DNA of 64,000 nt from Candidatus Cloacimonadales bacterium (lineage in GTDB: Bacteria > Cloacimonadota > Cloacimonadia > Cloacimonadales > JAIOQZ01): positions 1,856,001 through 1,920,000 of the forward strand of contig OY771587.1 in NCBI GenBank assembly GCA_963674825.1, written 5' to 3'. Every line of letters begins with the position of its first letter. The stretch's first letter is position 1. Of the stretch, positions 61,694 through 64,000 are shown piece after piece. The notes beneath the pieces are model-generated. The model made no database searches, was not told the DNA's origin, and saw only the letters and a list, made by a program, of their open reading frames with translations. Both the position numbers and the translations under genes were made by a program.

Positions 61694-61812
61694 GATACCT
61701 CCAAAAAATAATATCATCTTCAAAACGACAAATATGTGATGTTGTTACGAGAGTATGTTGATAATGCAATTGGGTTAATCTGTGAACGATGAATTCGAGC
61801 GGTTAGCTTCTT

Positions 61813-62187
61813 TTAAGACTGGTCGATTTCTTCAGTACGATCAGAGAGGGCTTGCAGGATGGAGGCGTGAAGGCTATCAGGATTGGTGAGCCAGCGTGTA
61901 GCATATTCGGGGAACGCGGGAACGGTTTCGCTCTTATCGAGGTCTTCGTTGACACTCAAGCGGAACGAAGGCGGCAATGCCGGTTCAACAATCCCAAAAC
62001 GGTTACCGAGAATCATGCTTTCAAGGTGTTCGTCGATCCAGATATCAAGTGGCATGAGCTTTTCATCTGCTTCCATTGCCTTCTGGAACGTGTCCTTATC
62101 CAGATGTGAGTTCTCCATCGAGACGACCAGATCAAAAAAAAGACGATCGACCGGGAGCGAGATATCGACGCGGAATCTCCGTTTCAT
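61813..62187 (-). CDS. Hypothetical protein downstream of nrdG
   Basis: 124-aa ORF starting 10 nt after the nrdG stop, with GAGG upstream. Confidence 0.55.
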   Translation of the reverse strand: MKRRFRVDISLPVDRLFFDLVVSMENSHLDKDTFQKAMEADEKLMPLDIWIDEHLESMILGNRFGIVEPALPPSFRLSVNEDLDKSETVPAFPEYATRWLTNPDSLHASILQALSDRTEEIDQS

Positions 62188-62197
62188 TCTATTGACC

Positions 62198-62878
62198 TCA
62201 CCGAATCATGAATTCTTCGAACTGCGTAATTCCATACTCACGCAGATGATTGACCGAATTCTCGCTGAACGGCTTCATGATGGTATCGTCGAGAGTATTG
62301 GTCGGGTTGAAATTCTGGATTATATATCGTTTTACACCTTTGAGCATGGTGATAATCTCTTTTACGTCATTGGAATCGAGCAGCGTGTCCACCACAGTCG
62401 TGCGGAATTCGTAGTCCACACCCGAATGGCGAATCAGGTCTATACTGGAAGCGATCTTGTCGATATCGACACTGGCACCGGTAAGGAGATCGTACTTGTT
62501 GAACGGCGCTTTGATATCCATAGCGAAGTAATCAACGAGCTTGTGCTCGATAAGCTTGTAGATCATGCCGGGATTGGTACCGTTGGTATCGAGCTTCACC
62601 AGGAATCCCATCGCTTTGATGTCGCGAATAAAGCCGGGCAGTTCAGGATGGAGCGTAGGCTCACCACCGGTGATCACCACCGCGTCAAGCTTCCCCTTAC
62701 GCTTCTCCAGCTTTGCCAGGACGTCATCCTTTTTGAAGGGATCGACAAGACGGCAGCCGTTGACCAGTTCTGGATTATGGCAATACGGGCAGCGAAAATT
62801 GCATCCACGAGTGAATACGATTGCACAGAGCTTGTCCTGATAATCGAGCATGGAAAAACTCTGGAAGCCTCCGATCAT
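62198..62878 (-). CDS. nrdG: Anaerobic ribonucleotide reductase activating radical SAM enzyme
   Basis: Motifs GCNFRCPYCHN, TGGEP, KLDTNG and EFRTT. Confidence 0.93.
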   Translation of the reverse strand: MIGGFQSFSMLDYQDKLCAIVFTRGCNFRCPYCHNPELVNGCRLVDPFKKDDVLAKLEKRKGKLDAVVITGGEPTLHPELPGFIRDIKAMGFLVKLDTNGTNPGMIYKLIEHKLVDYFAMDIKAPFNKYDLLTGASVDIDKIASSIDLIRHSGVDYEFRTTVVDTLLDSNDVKEIITMLKGVKRYIIQNFNPTNTLDDTIMKPFSENSVNHLREYGITQFEEFMIR

Positions 62879-64000
62879 GCCTCTTTCTCCTTGATGTGGA
62901 AAGTCTTGCGAAGCTGATATTCAGCCTTCTTGCCGTCGTTCCATTGCGAAACGGGACGCAGATAGCCGGTGACGCGGGAATAGACTTCGCAATCACGGTT
63001 GCACGTCGGGCAGGTCGAATGTTCACCCGCGATGTAGCCATGCTGGGAACATACGCTAAAGGTAGGTGTGAAGGTGAAATAGGGCAGCCGGTAGTTATTG
63101 CAGATCTTTTCGACCAGATTACGCACCGTCTGATAGTTGTGAAGACGTTCTCCACCGAAGATGTGTAATACGGTTCCACCGGTGTATCGGGTCTGGATAC
63201 CGTCCTGCTTGTCGAGGGCTTCGAATACGTCGTCAGAGTAATTGACCGGAAGCTGAGTAGAATTGGTATAGAAAGGCTCAGCGCCGTTCTGCACGGCTGA
63301 TTCATTTGCCACGATGATGTTGTCGAAACGCTTTTTATCGATGCGAGCGAGCCGGTAGCTGGTGCCTTCAGCCGGTGTGGCTTCAAGGTTGTAGTTGTTG
63401 CCGGTCTCCTCCTGATACTCGATCAGTTTGTCGCGCATGAAGTCCATGACACGCTCGGTGAATTCGGTTCCTTCCTGTGTACCGATATCGGTTCCGAGCA
63501 GATTCAGGCAGGCTTCGTTCATGCCGACCAAGCCAATGGTGGAAAAGTGGTTTTTCCAGTACTGTCCAAAGCGTTCGGTGATCTTGGCCAGGTAGAATTT
63601 GGTGTAGGGGTATAGTCCGTTCTCCGTGAATCTCTCCAGCACTTTTCGCTTGATTTCAAGGCTTTGCTTGGCGACATCCATTCTGCGCACCAGCATCTCC
63701 ATGAATTCCTCTTCGTCCTTCGCCAGGTACGCGATACGAGGCATGTTGATGGTGACCACTCCGATGGATCCGGTAAGTGGATTCGCGCCAAACAGACCTC
63801 CGCCACGTGCTTCGAGCTTACGTGTGTCCAGACGAAGACGGCAGCACATGGAGCGTGCGTCCTCGGGGCTCATATCCGAATTGATGAAGTTGGAGAAATA
63901 CGGGATGCCATATTTCGCAGTAGCTTCCCACAGTGCACGCACAATGTCGCTATCCCAGTCGAAATCTTTCGTGATGTTGTAGGTCGGGATCGGGAAGGTG
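62875..64000 (-). CDS. nrdD: Class III anaerobic ribonucleoside-triphosphate reductase (5' part outside the window)
   Basis: The frame is open to the window edge (TFPIPTYN); motifs SMCCRL, EATPAE, YTGG, CSQH...CPTC and YSRVTGY (glycyl radical). Confidence 0.95.
   Translation of the reverse strand, partial: TFPIPTYNITKDFDWDSDIVRALWEATAKYGIPYFSNFINSDMSPEDARSMCCRLRLDTRKLEARGGGLFGANPLTGSIGVVTINMPRIAYLAKDEEEFMEMLVRRMDVAKQSLEIKRKVLERFTENGLYPYTKFYLAKITERFGQYWKNHFSTIGLVGMNEACLNLLGTDIGTQEGTEFTERVMDFMRDKLIEYQEETGNNYNLEATPAEGTSYRLARIDKKRFDNIIVANESAVQNGAEPFYTNSTQLPVNYSDDVFEALDKQDGIQTRYTGGTVLHIFGGERLHNYQTVRNLVEKICNNYRLPYFTFTPTFSVCSQHGYIAGEHSTCPTCNRDCEVYSRVTGYLRPVSQWNDGKKAEYQLRKTFHIKEKEA

Noticed and set aside
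1..64000. CRISPR array, rRNA, IS transposase or prophage genes
   Set aside because: No regularly spaced repeats or recognisable motifs were found by eye.

Overview
A 64 kb bacterial chromosomal window, probably from an anaerobic FCB-group organism such as Ca. Cloacimonadota (inferred from secreted proteins with FlgD-Ig/Por-type C-terminal tails, class III RNR and an Ehr complex). From left to right: a six-gene hydrogenase-4-like operon whose large subunit lacks the Ni-binding cysteines (Ehr type); a secreted C25 protease; mntP; a surface-polysaccharide modification cluster; a secreted M1 aminopeptidase; cmk-plsC-ispH-rpsA-aroK; tRNA-Ser(GGA); an ABC/HD-GYP/purH operon; and assorted enzymes. 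Next, a DUF58 gene whose last 212 bp are duplicated 3193 bp downstream, bracketing an AT-rich, integrase-free island that encodes a small membrane protein and a large P-loop NTPase (the best candidate for an undescribed system, possibly antiphage). Then a TPR-sigma54 activator with palindromic sites upstream of a pseudo-receiver and a 1668-aa LamG/Ig repeat protein; a PTS-IIA fusion with two paralogous cation/H+ antiporters (the first frameshifted); ycaQ; and nrdG-nrdD. All product calls come from motif recognition by eye; no database searches were run.
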